Shown piece after piece: positions 12,914 through 27,075 of a DNA stretch of 64,000 nucleotides (positions are counted from its first letter, which is position 1; the number at the start of each line of letters is the position of its first letter). The notes below the pieces were generated by a model, which had not been told where the DNA came from, ran no database searches, and was given only the letters and a program-made list of their open reading frames with translations. Origin of the DNA: Octopus vulgaris (taxonomy: Eukaryota); contig OX597828.1 of assembly GCA_951406725.2 (NCBI GenBank), positions 62,310,001-62,374,000 on the forward strand, in the 5' to 3' direction. A program made the position numbers and the translations under genes.

Positions 12914-15900
12914 TCATAGGATCATGTTCAAAGTGGCTTCGTCATTCATACGTGCCATCCTTGCTACATTTACCCATCTTTTTTTGAAACAGTCGCTAGA
13001 CAAAACTTGCCTCTCTACTCTCACCTTCTTTTTCAAGTGATACTTGAAAAAGTTGATGAGAGATCGACCAGAGAGGAAAGTGTTTGTCTCTAATCCTTTC
13101 AGACGCGTCCACCAGATACATTCTTTCGCCATAGCTACAAGTATTATAAAAATAGCTCTTCCTTCCCGTTTGAAGGAAGGAGGCGTGACGATATTGACGA
13201 TAGACTCGGCTGATAAACCGACTCGTCCCACACGTGACTGCAGTCGTTCGACATAAGCCCACAGGTCGGAAATGGTTGGACACTGCACGAGTGCGTGCAT
13301 AACGGTTTCGTCGCTCTGACCGCATCTCGGGCAGGTCGGCCTCGTGTTTCTCGAACCATGTCTATAGAACGGGTAGCGCTTCTCGATAGCACTGCCAGGC
13401 AAGGGATCTCTGGAAATTGTCCATAGGTCCCGGCCTGAAAGTCGTCTTGAATAGGCGGGTCAAGTATTCCTCGTCGACGCCCAGGTTCGCCCCGAGATCG
13501 TCGTCGTACATCCCCTCCACTAATCCCCTATAAAATGCTTTCGTGGTAATGCAACTGCTCAAGTTCGACCCAGGACGGCAGAGTTGCTGGAGAGCAACGC
13601 GACACTCGCGGTGCCATTCGCCCTTCCTCGACCTCTTTTTGATCCACGATTGCAGCTCGGTCATGGACACAAGTTGCAGGGAAGCGCGCCGCACAAACAG
13701 CGACCACACCTGCTCACCGTCGTCGACGTAGAGCTGGAGATGTCGCAGTCTCAGCGCGTGTCTGCGCATCATCAACCACGGCATGCCCAGCCCTCCTTTC
13801 AGCGGGTGTTGTCAGCAAATGGATCGCCTGACCATCGGAACGTTTCCTTTCCACAAGAAGCGGAAGAGAATGCGTTCCAGTTTGGTGACGGTGGGGTCGG
13901 GACAAGGCACGACGGTCAGGTGGTAGTTAATGACGGATGCAATGTACGCGTTCGCCACCTCCGCCCGACCTTTTAGGAACAGCTTCCTCTCGGCCCATTG
14001 CCTGCAGAGAGTGGCCGCCCTACTCGTCATCTCGTCCCAGTTCTTCTCCGTTTGCAGGTCTGGACCGAACCAGACCCCGAGCAATTTGACCGGCCCGTCC
14101 GTCCAGCGTCCCACTACTGAGGCGCTGGTGGACGGCATGGGCTTGCTTCTCCAGGCGCCCAACCGCAAGCCCACCGACTTTTCTCGGTTGATTTTTGCTC
14201 CTGTCACCGCTTCGTAGTCTTGCAGTGTCTCGCCAACTAGTTCGATGTGCTCGTGGCTAGACACTATGACGGTGACGTCGTTCGCGTATGCGGACACGCT
14301 CGTCCCGCACCCCAGTTCTCGCGGCATGCCCCTCAGCGTCGCCAGCTTCCGCAGTAGTGGCTCGAGAGTCAATACGTACAGAAGCGACGAGAGGGGGCAT
14401 CCCTGACGGACCGAACGTGCAATGTCAAAAGGCAGCCATCCAGCCGCGGAATATGGGATTGAAGCCGGCCGCCATGAGGACAGCCTCCAAGTATCGATGG
14501 TCTACCCTATCGAAAGCTTTGGATTGATCCAAATTGATCAGCGCCCCACTCATGCCAGGTTCCTTAGCTACCCTGTCTATGATGTAGCGCATCAGATTGA
14601 GGATGTCATGGATGATCCGGACCGGCACGGCGCAAGTTTGCGCCTTATCGACCAGTTTCTCGATGACAAGCGCCAACCTCTTGGCTAACACTTTGGCCAA
14701 AATTTTCAAGTCTGCATTGAGCAGAGTAATGGGCCTAAAGTTATCTATAATGTCCCCCTTGTTTGGATCTTCCATTAGCAGCGTTACGGTTCCTCGGCTC
14801 ACAAAACCGGGTATGCTTCCGTTCTGCTGCTAGTTGCAGTACACCGCTGCTAAGACGTCTCCAAACAAGTCCGGCATACAATTGTAAAGTTCGTAGGGCA
14901 GACCATCCAAACCCGGCGATTTGTCCCTTGAGCATCCTGCCATCGCATCCCTCACTTCCGCCGCCGTGATGGCACCTTCGCAGCACTCCGCCTCTCTTGT
15001 CGAGAGTCGTGGCAGGCTGTGTAGGTAGTCACTGAAGTCCAACCTGCGTTCTCGCTCTCCACTCCTCCCGAACAGTCGGGCAAAATGTTGCTGAAACGCT
15101 TCTCACCACTTTTCTCCGCCACCCGGGCCGCTCTCTCAGCTCCAACACTTTCCATCTTTAGAGTACGCATCCTAGCCCTGACAGCACACCCTTCGTATTT
15201 GGCGTTGAAGTGTTGGTCGAGGCCCAACCTCGCCGCCAAAACGACGGATGTGATGCCGCTTCTAATTGACTCTTCTAGCTTCTTAACTAGCTCACCCTAT
15301 ACTCTGTTTCTATCTATGACTAGTGCTTTGCTGTACCTAATCGCTTCTGCTTTTACTGCTCTCTTGAGGGCAAACCACCGTTTGTTGTTGACGATGGCTG
15401 CTGTCAAAGCCCTCTTTACTAGTGTGCTAATTCGGTTTCTGAAAACCTGTCTCGACGGGAAAGCTGCGTTCAGTTTCCAGTAACCAGGACCCTGCCTATG
15501 TGCCTTATCTAAGTCTAACATACACGTCACAAGTTTGTGATCTGTGTAGCTGTCCTGCATAGTATCCTATCTAGATACGATCTCGACGACCCAATGCGGT
15601 TGCTCCATGTCCACGTTGGCACATTTGGGTGGTCGAGTCGGTACCTGTCAGACAGTTGAAAGCGTCTGAGCAGGTCTCTGAGGCATTTACATCCCCGTCT
15701 ATTTTCGTCTCTCCCCAAGTAGTCTAGATGCGTGTCCAAGGTAGCTGCCGTCGACATCCAGGACAACCAGTCTACCCTCTGGGTCTATGAATATCGTCTT
15801 TACTTCGAGATCTAGACTCTTGCGAAAAAGTACCACCGTGCACCTACCGCCCATCCTCGGTAGACAGGGAGAAAAATTAATGTTAAACCGTCCGCCAAAC

Positions 15901-16046
15901 ATGGACTTTAGGGCCCGTGGTTCATGGAGTCTGGTCTCACTTATTGCTATGATTTCCAAATTATGTGACTTGACGTCATTTAAAAGGTACCCTTGTTTCC
16001 AAGGGGACCCCAAGCCACGCGCATTCACACAACCAATCTTGACCAT
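12914..16046 (-). pseudogene. Tx1 ORF2 (APE endonuclease, reverse transcriptase, C-terminal zinc finger), frameshifted
   Basis: MVKIGCVNARGL..SETR (APE start), TWTW..SYLDRI, TDHKLV, WKLN, KSPGLDGLPYE, NFRPITLLNADLKILAK, DQSKAFDRV, SAYANDV (YADD mutated), KLLGVWF, CPRC..ETVMHALVQC; split over several frames. Confidence 0.93.
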
Positions 16047-16079
16047 GATCCTATTGAGTTGTGTGCTTTAAAACAAACG

Positions 16080-17855
16080 AAGGGAACAGAGAGTTACTTA
16101 CCTTTCGAAAGATTTGTCTCCTCCTTTTACTTTTTATCAAGGAGGCTATTATACATTTTTTTGCATAAATATTTATGACATCCACCTACCACATTGGGAT
16201 AGAGGGACTTTAGAGTGTGATGCAATGTTGGTGATATGTTATAAATTTTTATGTATTCTGGTGGTGTTGTGTGGGGGTGGTTGTTCGTTTTTAATGTCAT
16301 TTTCTGTAATGTTTGTGTTTGTGTTGATGTATTTCATCAACTCTGTGTTTTTGGTGTCTATGGCTGTGAGCATATTCTTTGTATATATTTTTGTGGCGTT
16401 GATATTGTTTGTGGTAGGGTTTGAGATGTCTTCGGGAGATGTATATCTCCCTGCTTTGTTTGCGTTTGTATTGGATTTGGTTCTTCTTTTGCTCCTTTTC
16501 CTCCTTCCTTTTCTGGCTATTTGCCATTCCTCGGTGCTTTCGTCTTCTGACGAAATTTCCGAGGAATCGGAAGGGGGTAGGGACATGTTGTAGGATTCAG
16601 TGTGCGTTTGTGTAACTGGTTGTGTTGTTGTTTTCGTTGATGCTGGTTGTTGACTGCTTGTGTGTGGTGTGTGTGATGTGGGGGAAGGGGAATCAGTTTT
16701 TGTATTATCTTTTGGTTTTACTGTTTCTTTAGTTCTTGCTGTTGGTGATGTTTTTTCAGATGTTGTTGTATGTTCATTTGTTGGTGTTGGTGTTGGCGGG
16801 TTTGGTTTTGTACTCATTTTGTTTGTCCTCTGTGCTGATGGTGGTGTGGGTAGTAGTGGTTCTGTTCTTGCTGTTGTTGGTGGTGCTTTTTCAGATGTTT
16901 TATGTGCATTTGTTGGTGTTGGCGAGTTTGGTTTCGTACTCCCTTTGCTTGTTCTCTGTGCTGATGGTGGTGTGGGTAGTAATGGTTCTTTTTTCTTTTG
17001 ACTTTTTCCTTGTTGTGTTGTTGTTTTTCTTATTCTGGTTTTTGTTGTTGTTTTTTTGCTGTTGGGCAATCACGTTTTAGGTGTTCCTCGCTGCCACACA
17101 AGTAACAGCGAGGCCTCCTACCTTCTACCACCACGTAAAGGAAATTGCTGTCTGGCAGCTCAATTTGATGGGGGATGTTATTGATTTGGTTTTGATCTAT
17201 TTGCATCAATAACTGAACCATTTTCCCCGACCATTTCTTTTCCTCCAAGGTAGCAAATTCAAGAATATTTATATTCTCCTCTATTTTGTAGCAAATAGCT
17301 GACAACAGCCATTGTGATTCTATTTCTGGAGGGACATTTTAATCGAAATTTTGGTCACGCGATGACCAAGGTAGGTCGGAATTAAAATTAGTTTTTCCGA
17401 CTGTAATGTGAGCGTCGAAAGTTCTTTCGCTGTTTCTTTGCTGTCGAAGCGAACCTGTATCGTGGCATATATGTTCCACCAATTTAAATAATTTTTATAG
17501 GCCCATATTGGCCGTAAACATTTTTCGATGAGTTCTGGTTGTGCTTGTTCTGGTCTGCGTGTTTTTGCGTTTAAGACTTTGTATATTATTGTTTTCTTTT
17601 GTGTGTCGTCTATGATGTTTTCTGGTATATGTAAGCGTAGATGCGAACCTTCTTCAGTTAACAGGGCTTTTGTTTGTTTTATTTGTTCTGTTGTGAAGTG
17701 TAATATTGTCTTTTTTTTGTTTTAACGCTTGTGCAAAATTGGGTTTGGTGGTAGTGTTGGTGGCAGAGGTGTCACTTGTAGAAGTTGAGGTTGTAGTAGT
17801 GGTGTTATTGTTGGCAGTTATCGTAGACGGCGAAACGACGATATCGTTGTTGTTC

Positions 17856-17887
<32 letters not shown>

Positions 17888-18050
17888 GGTGGTGGTGGTG
17901 GTGGTGGTGGTGGTGGTGGTGGTGGTGGTGGCACCAGTGGTAGTCTCGTTGTTGTTGGTGGTGGTGGTAGTGACAGGGCTGTTAACAAAAGTGGTTGCAG
18001 CGTTCACTTCCACGTCACTCAGGTTTTGTCTTTGATTTCTTACTTGTCAT
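16080..18050 (-). pseudogene. Tx1 ORF1 (gag-like, CX2CX4HX4C knuckle, Thr/Pro-rich linkers), frameshifted
   Basis: CYLCGSEEHLKRDC in 17030-17305; NFAQAL, PTYLGHRVTKI and WQIARKGRR segments; ATG at 18050. Confidence 0.85.
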
Positions 18051-18343
18051 GTCTGTTCTATTAGAATGTGTGTGCGTGCAGGAATTCTTTTTTTTTTCTC
18101 CTAGTGTTTCAAGGCTGGGGAAATGCTGGTCCATGAAGGAATTTGACCAGCGTTCGACAATAAAAATATACAATTTAATTAGCGTTGAAACTGCCCCTAG
18201 GGGCGAATTCCTCCCTTGGAAAAACACTCAAACGAAAGTTGGGTGCTTTACACACCTTATTTACAAAAATGTACACAAAATGAGGGCTATAAATAGTCAA
18301 AATAAACGATTACCTTCGGAGCCGATGTGACAACACGTCAGTC

Positions 18344-18450
<107 letters not shown>

Positions 18451-20816
18451 TGGTACGTACAGTAAACTTCAAATTATATTCCTTAGATATGTTCATCGAG
18501 TCATTTCTGAATTAACTCAGAGTGTGGACGTTCATGTTGTAGATGGAAAATTGCTAAACTGTCGCCTCTCTGCAGCCCGAAACAATGGAATGTTATTCAT
18601 TGTGGGTGTCTAGGATGAAAAGTTTCAGGAAATCGCTCGAATAATGGATCATAATCACTTTTGAGCCGATAAGAACCGTTGTGATAAAAGAGCAACTTCC
18701 TGGTTCTTATCTTAATCTTTTTCGAATTCTGGGGTTTCCAGAAGAGAGATTTAAATAAAGATGGAGAAATTTCTTTGTATTGAATTGTTTGAGCCTGCGG
18801 AGCCGTTTGTTTTGTTATACTATTGAACCAATGAACAGCTTCGTTGTGATTGGTTCAATGCGAAGCGCTTTTGATCGTAACATAATCTGTAAAGAATCGA
18901 CACAAAAGAGTCAACGTTGAAACCTTTACAAGGATTAGAAGGATAAGAATAGTTTATCTGAAGGATTACCATTGGAAAAAGAGTCAAATGGATGTTCTTT
19001 CCGTGATGAGAAAACTCTGTCAACGGCAGATCTCCCCACCTTTTGTAATCAAGAGATACAGAAATGTGTGTGGTGTCCATCATACCTTTCTTAAGGGCAT
19101 TCGCAGGTAAAAATGAAATAATAGTTACGACTGTATATCAAACCCGAGTAGTAAACCCATCAACGACTCATCATGAACTCTTCATCATTTCCCTTTGAAG
19201 GAGTAAAACATCAATGCATTTTCTCTAACAAAACCCGACCACAAACTAGGATTACGTGGAGTTCAACACTCTCCTAAAGAAAATGATTACATTTACTGGG
19301 TTTTATTCAATTGTGGAGTTTGTTTGTTTGTTTGTTTTGTACCTCCTGAAAGCAAACCCGGCTCGCGTGTTTGCTTCGTCACACAATCAGAGAAAACGAA
19401 TCCAGCGCCATTGTCTAACCGTAATCATCAAAACACGTTTTCGTGTCATCAGGGTCAAGGGTCATTCACAACCCATCAATAACCAGCAGAATAGGTTCCA
19501 CCTAAATCTTTATGTTCGACAGATGGGTGGACGAGTGGATGGGCTGGTGGATGGGCGGGTGGATGGATGTTCACATATTTATTATCACACTCGCTGTTGT
19601 TGCTTAAACCTCGGTCGTCTCTGATCGAACCAACACATGAACAAAAGCGTTCCAGTCGTGACCATCCTGTTTTTTATTCTGTGTCTCTGGGACTACATCA
19701 TCCGATGTTTCCTACCTATTTGATGACGGTAAGGATGCGATTTTTAGCCTGGTTTGGCAGCTGTTTTTAGTAAACCGCATGACCATGCAGAAGTTCCGAG
19801 AAGGAAAGGCCGGGATAACAAAACCAGGGACAAAGAGAAGCCAAGGCAAACCAGTGCAATGGTGGTGTGAAGCAGGATTAGTAATATCATTGCGTGATAG
19901 CAGAGTGTCGTTGATGTGTAACAGATTGCTCAGTGAAGCGCGATCAGACGGGATCACCTTCTTGACACATATCAACCGAGTCTTTCTCGACACTGTATCG
20001 TGTGACACGAGACACGAAACAGCGCGTCCGGATCAAATTCTGTCTTAATCACACACATACACACAACAACAACAGCAACAGAAACAACAACAACAGCAAA
20101 TATCAAGTTGTTAATAACCCATGTTTTGAAAATACACCCACCTACATACATACCTACGTATATATACTTATGTATATGTATGCATATATACATATGTACT
20201 TGCATACATACACACATGTATACCTACATATATAAGTACGTACATACATATGTACGTGTGTGTGCGCGTGTATATATATATATTTCCTATATTCTACCAA
20301 CACCACTATCAACTCTTACCTCTACATTGGATTTTCTTTACCCTTGGATACTTACCATTGGCTGCACCTCTCTTTCACGGATCAAAGTGACTTTGTTATT
20401 GATGTGAAATCCTTAAAAAATATACCATGACGTCTATACATTTCTAACTTTGAACTCTCAACCTTGAACTTGTTCGCATAAACTGTCCCGTTCGTTTTAT
20501 TTTTATTTTCTCATATATTATCCCTTTTTTTTACATTCATTTCATACTTTCCACATTTTCCTGCAGTTTTGTCCTCTTTTCCGTCGTTTCTTCCTTCTCT
20601 GGATGTCCATACTCTGTTTCCTCTGCCTGCACCCCCTTTTTTTGCCTCCCCCTCTCTCTGCTTCCCTTCTTTCTTTCCTTTTTCCATTTGCCCCATCTTC
20701 TCCGCCTTTATTTTCTGCCCCTACCGCTTTTTTTATCTAGTTTTTTCATGCGATTGTTTTTTTGTTGTTTTTTTTCGAACGTTTGATTTTTCCCCCTTTT
20801 TTTCGCTATCCCATCA

Positions 20817-23323
20817 TGCCTGATTATAAATCCTACCTCCTCACTATCCACCACCGTTTGAAAGATCACCTCCGCCCTCTCCCCCTAAACTGTTTTCAGC
20901 CGCCCATTAATCTCTCTCTACTTCTTTTTAAAAAAACCCGCTTCTCTAGCCATGTCTCTTTCCTAAGCCGCTGCCTACATCACCGACTCATCCCTAAAGG
21001 TTTCCGCCTCCACTTCCACCCTGCTCTCCACTCACATTCTTCCATCTTACCCATACTCCGCACCACATCTTACCGCCTTATACAGGCCACCATTCGCTCC
21101 AATCTCTCTAAACTACATACCATCAACCGCCTTCTTCCTCCTGCTTTCCTCACGTTTTTCTCCTCTCTGCCGCCTTTCTATGCTCCAAACACGCTACGCT
21201 TCATTATCCATTTGAATCACCTCTTCCATCAATTTCTTTCCGATACCAAACTTCGTAAACTCCAATCACTCCTCAATTCCACCACACCCGACGCCACCAC
21301 CCCAACTCCTCCACTACCCTTCTCCCCTCCTGATAGGTTCCATCCACCCACACCTAACCCCACTGCCCCTCCTGATAAGCTCCATCCACCTACACCTAAC
21401 CCTACTGCCCCTCCCAACCACCCCACACACACCTCCCCAATCCCTCCCCCTCAGACCTCCACGAGCCCTACCACCCCTCCTACTTCTATTCCACCCACCC
21501 CTTCTCCACTTCCGTCTGTTGTTACCATTCCCCCCGATCTTCCCCTCTCTGCGGCGGAACGCTCCGTCCTTAGTAGGGGTCTGCGTTTCATCCCCCTCAC
21601 TCCATCCTGTAAGGAATTCCAGACGCGAGTTGATGTCCACAGCTTTGTGCGCCGCGTCCGGTTGGGTGCGCATTTCCGCGACTCACCACCCATATCCAAC
21701 GAAGAGAACTGATTCACTGACCTGGGCCGCCGACCATCCCCGTGGACGCCTGCCCCCGGCCAGTTCCTAGCAGTGGATCTTTTCGCGGGCGTATGTCAGC
21801 GTGCATTGGAGCGGTTCAACTTCTCCAGGCGCCAACGCCGCCTCAACATCTCCCCGGCCGAGCTCTCGGCTCTTCGTTCCCTCCAACGGCGCGCTGACAT
21901 TATCATCAAACCGGCTGACAAGGGTGGAGCTGTAGTGGTGTGGCGCGCGGACCTCTGCAGGGCCGAGGCTCTCCGCCAACTCAATGACACCTCCTTCTAC
22001 TCCCCTCTGTCCTCTAACCCCACACGTAGCTACCAACAGACGGTATCCTCTACTGTCCGCGACCTCATCTCGTCCTCCCGTCTCCCCCACACCGCATCCA
22101 ACCTAATTGTGCGAACCCCACGTACCCCCACCATTTACTTCCTCCCCAAAATCCACAAACCCAACAACCCTGGCCGCCCCATCGTCTCCGCCTGTAACTG
22201 CCCCACGGAGCTCATCTCTAAATACCTCGACCGTGTCCTTGCCCCCCTAGTGGCGTCTCTTCCCTCCCACATCCACGATACCAACCATGCTCTCTGGCGT
22301 TTCAACTCTTTCTCCTTTCCTCCCGGCTCCTCCAAAATCCTTTTTACTATGGACATTCAGAGCCTCTATACCGTTATCCCTCACCACGAAGGACTGCAGG
22401 CACTTCAACACTTTCTTGACCTCCGCTCCAACCCTGAACCTGACACCTCCACACTCATTCGTCTGGCCGAACTTGTCTTTACTCTTAACTGCTTCTCGTT
22501 CACGGGCGAGTTCTACCATCAGATCTCGGGAGTGGCCATGGGAACGCGAATGGGCCCCAACTATGCGAACCTGTTCGTTGGCTATGTTGAGGCCCAAATA
22601 TTCTCTAATTTCACTGGTCCCACTCCTGAACTATATGGTCGTTACATTGACGACATTATCGGTGCTACCTCACTCTCCCGTGAACATCTAGATTCCTTCC
22701 TCTCTTTCGTCCAATCTTTCCATCAAGCCCTCCACTTCACTTCCACTATCTCCAACACCTCTGTCTCCTTCCTCGACATTTCGGTTAGCATTCTTCACTC
22801 CACTCTTACCACCTCCATTCACTACAAACACACAGACTCACACTCATACCTCAACTTCTCTTCCTCCCACCCAGAACACACCAAGCTTTCCATCCCCTAT
22901 TCCCAATTCCTCCGTCTACGTAGGCTCTGTAGTGACGACCATGACTTTGAGACTCAGTCTCAACGTATGGCTCACCACTTCATCCTACGTGGATACCCCC
23001 TCACCACTATCCACACCGCCCTTGCCAGAGCACGTTCCGTGGACCGTGTATCTGCTCTCTCTCCCCGAACCCGCCCTGTAGTCTCCCGCCTCCATTTTCC
23101 CCTCACTTACCACCCCACGACCCTACCTCTCCAACGCACCATTCTTCGAGCTTTCCGTCATCTCCAGTCCGACCCGTCCACTTCACACCTCTCCCCCCTC
23201 CCCCCTCCCCCTCCCCCTCCCCTCCCTCCTCTTCCCTCATCTCCTCTCTCTACACTACACCATACGACTTTACACATCACATCATATATACATACACACG
23301 TCCAGACCTCTCATACGCACTAA
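20817..23323 (+). pseudogene. PLE polyprotein (N-terminal domain and RT), one in-frame TGA at 21710-21712, C-terminally deleted
   Basis: ORFs 20762-21712 and 21773-23323 share a frame. Motifs FLSRC..LIPKG, VLSRGLRFIP, IKPADKGGAVVV, YFLPKIHK..PGRPIVS, MDIQSLYTVI, QISGVAMGT, RYIDDI, FLD, SIPYSQFLRLRRLCS. Homology ends in a poly-C/CT tract near 23190. Confidence 0.9.
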
Positions 23324-23551
23324 TACTCTCTCATACACACACACACACTCTTCTCATACATACACACACACTCTTATGTTGGAGCGAGGTCATTTAACCC
23401 TATTATCAACCCTATTATCTCCCCTAATTTCGCTCTTGCGTCTCACGTTTGATCTTTGACTTCTGGCCGAAATCAGATCGCCATGTTGATTCGCTAGCCT
23501 CTGCACGCATATTTTTTTTCTCTCCTTCTTTCTGTGTTTTTTCTCTGTGTA

Positions 23552-23589
23552 TCTTTCTGTTGAAGAGCGTAGGCTCGAAACGTTAAAGA
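23552..23589 (+). ncRNA. Minimal type I hammerhead ribozyme (PLE-type, variant core CUGUUGA)
   Basis: TCTTT-CTGTTGA-A-GAGC gtag GCTC-GAAA-CG-TT-AAAGA; palindromic ACGT replaces stem III. Confidence 0.65.
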
Positions 23590-23716
23590 CTTGTTTTATT
23601 TATATTTCCTGAGCGCCATACTAATACAATTGTTTGTTTGTATTCCACCTGCCTTCGTCTTTTGTTTATTTCCGTAAACCTGCCTTCGTCTTTTGTCTAT
23701 TTTCATAAAGCTTCCC

Positions 23717-23795
<79 letters not shown>

Positions 23796-23903
23796 GGATA
23801 CAGATCGTGTATCAATAGCTATCTTGATGGCGGTGGCCTCATGGAGCTGACCATGGCAGCGATTATTCCTATATCTATAAGAATGCCATATTAATATGGC
23901 GAT

Positions 23904-24015
<112 letters not shown>

Positions 24016-25991
24016 ATCATGTATGTGTACGCATTGAAGAGAGTGTAAACATTCGCAACAACCCCGAAGTCTGGTGATCTTCGAACGATGTTTCTCACAA
24101 CATTTGTTTTGCCCCGAGCCATAGACACTCATTTGAGACTCTTGCCGTCAGAAATGCAGCGACTTGTCCATTAGAAGCCCATAATAAGTAACGACGCTAT
24201 TGTTAAAAAAATTCTATAAAAATAAATGAATAAGCAAACAAATATCGAAATAATCCGAGACGAAGAATACGGAACTTTTGGCACTAACCAGTGGCGCCCA
24301 ATCGGGTATTTGCAGAGATTTCAATACAAAGATTTGGTGCCAGTACTTCTAAAATTATATAATTTACAACATATCTTTCCATCATTTGCTTTTGGCTTCG
24401 CCTTTGCTCACCAATTCTTCTTTCTGCAGCATCGAATTTTGGTGGGAATACCTCCAACTTTGCATAGGCTTGAGTCTCTAGAGACAAGTGTTTTCCTAAA
24501 GCAGAATATTAAAGATTTTAATTTCCCCCTGAATTCTACCGTTTCATCGAACGGATCTCGGTGTATAATTGTCGAATGAATATAACTGTTGGTGTATAAT
24601 CGTTAATGAAGAACAATAAAGGCGACCGAGAACAAGTATTTTCCACAGAATCATTCCAGATATTCTCAGGATCCACCTCAGAAATCATCTGCAAGATGTT
24701 GTTATTTTAGTAATACGATGTTTTAACATATTAAATAATACTTCATTGTAGTTCTCTTTAGAATCCTAAGGTTACAAAAAGATTCTCACTTTTGGGACTA
24801 CAAACTCTCTGGAGCCTGTGTATCTTGTTTCTCAAAACAGTATCTTATTCTTCTGAAAATAAATTTCGCCGGGAAATTATGAAAGGTGGGAACTAAAGTA
24901 AGAGTAGTCTTGGAGTTGTTTGTCTGTACCCTGGTAACTCTTTTATGAATCGTTGGTAAACAGGGTGTTTAATGAAGTGCTTGGAACTTCCCAGCATTAA
25001 ATTGCAAGTTTATTTCGCCAGAGGAAAAATTATCGAATATTTCAGGGCTGTAGTTAGGTATTGACGGGAAAGAAACAGACTCTATATCCATACCTCAACT
25101 TACGTCGAACGAAACATTTTAAAGCATTTATCAGCTTAAATCTGTTTTAATAAATGATTTGTACATATTTTCACGTGGATTTTATTAGATTTTCCACCTC
25201 ACTGTCGGTTTTACGGTGTTTTATTTTAATGTTTATGCTTTTAAATATGTTTGCTGAGAGCGATGTGAAGTCGCATTAATCGACTGAAGTTGAGGCTTAT
25301 TTTCACCATTAATTTTTTAAACAAGAAAATTGCAGCAAATCTGCGTGATAGTGGTGTCAGACCATCATACATGAAGACCATCATGCAATTTGTTTTATTC
25401 CTCACTTCCGTTTTATTTTCACATGCGCATTGCGTGTTTATACTTCTCTTTCCGGTTCCTACTCAAAGCTGTTTATAGATCACAACCATCTCACAAACGT
25501 GCGTTGTAAAAAAAAAAATGAAAATACCTGAAGTCGAAAAACCGTAACCCGAAACTCGAAACAACGTAGGCTGAGGTGTGCCTGCTTATGCCTATAAATG
25601 GTTATAATCTATTAGATTATAGCTACAAATGTGTACATAAAGTTTTACACATAAATATATTTTGTATTTTGCTTTCTTATTCTAACAAGAAGTGAAGACG
25701 TGCGACTTTGTGGTTAGGGTGTTGCAAAATCGTGCTTTTAATTCCAGGGCCGGCGAGATGCGATGAGCTCTAGAACAAAACACTCCGTTTCGTTTTGCTC
25801 CAGTCCACCCAGCTGCCAAAAAGGAATCCCGTGCAGTGGGAACATTGTGATCTCGGTCACTTACACCATGGGGACCGGGGTAACTGACCCTCTCAGTTCC
25901 AGGACTCGAGGCAGTACTCAGTACTCTTTCTTTCCCCCTCTCTCTTTCTCTATCTCTCTTTCTCTCTTTCTCTTTCCCTCTCGCTCTCTCC

Positions 25992-26052
<61 letters not shown>

Positions 26053-26139
26053 CATGTATATATGTATATATATGCATACTTATATACATACACTCACATA
26101 TATATATATATATGCATACATATATACATACACTCGTAT

Positions 26140-26335
26140 ACCGTTAGCGATTTTTTCCTCCGTCTTCCATTCCTTGGATCTTTCCTTTTGCTATGTTTCT
26201 GACGAAGAGCTCTGCTCGAAACGTTAGATCCTCCTTCTTTCTTTCCTTTCCCGAGCGTCCAATAACACTAAACTTGTTCCAAGTCCCCGCGTTGTTGTGT
26301 TTTCTCTTTGTGTTTTCATGTTTGGATTAACTGTT
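26140..26335 (+). mobile_element. PLE 3'/pLTR fragment with minimal hammerhead (26194-26232)
   Basis: CTGACGA-A-GAGC tct GCTC-GAAA-CG-TT-AGA; downstream CCCGAGCGTCCAATAACAC parallels CCTGAGCGCCATACTAATAC at ~23610. Confidence 0.7.
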
Positions 26336-26373
26336 TGTGTGTGTGTGTGTGTGTATTTGTGTGTGTGTGTGAG

Positions 26374-26457
<84 letters not shown>

Positions 26458-26889
26458 TGTGTGCGGATGAATGTCCATTTGAAAGAAATGCCACCGGTTT
26501 GTGCTGTTTCATCAAACGAACGTTATTTTTTCCTGGGTGTTTCTCGATAATCTGAATAAACGAACGAATGCCAAAGGAAAGACGATAGTCGCAGGTAAAT
26601 ATTGGATCAGGTCACGTGCTGTGGCGAGAAGCATGAACAATTCTCTGGTAGCAACACCAAAGTAAATCACAAAAGGTGTTGGGATAGAAATGGAGGAGGA
26701 GGAGGAGGAGGAGGAGCGGAAATAGGATGTGGGGTGAGGAAGTGAGGATTGGGGATGGGAGTGGAAATGTCTTCTCAGTAATATGATACCGAAAGACCTA
26801 GAAGGTGTGTCTGTGTATTTATGTGTAATTGTGTGTGGTGTATGTCTGTGTAATACATACATACATACATATATATATACATATATATA

Positions 26890-26938
<49 letters not shown>

Positions 26939-27022
26939 CACACACAGAACACACACATATATACATGTATGTATACGTATGTATAAATGTATGGTGTAAG
27001 TGTACGTATGTATGTATGTATG

Positions 27023-27075
<53 letters not shown>

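Larger units (their letters stand above)
12618..18343 (-). mobile_element. Full-length (~5.7 kb) Tx1/L1-clade non-LTR retrotransposon, inactive, inserted in (GATA)n
   Basis: 5'UTR, ORF1 with CCHC knuckle, ORF2 with APE-RT-zinc finger, and a 3' end AATAAAGAAAT abutting (TCTA)n. The same microsatellite lies on both sides. Confidence 0.93.
20500..23717 (+). mobile_element. Penelope-like retroelement (PLE) with intact-looking RT and missing GIY-YIG region; 5' boundary approximate
   Basis: PLE-type RT motifs and a hammerhead-bearing 3' end followed by (TA)n. Confidence 0.9.

Noticed and set aside
18460-19110. Unique-looking sequence, possible exon or integrase relic
   Set aside because: Stops in the frames I examined and no motif I can support; needs tBLASTx.
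24200-25300. Possible decayed TE or exon
   Set aside because: Only weak hints; no assignable motif.
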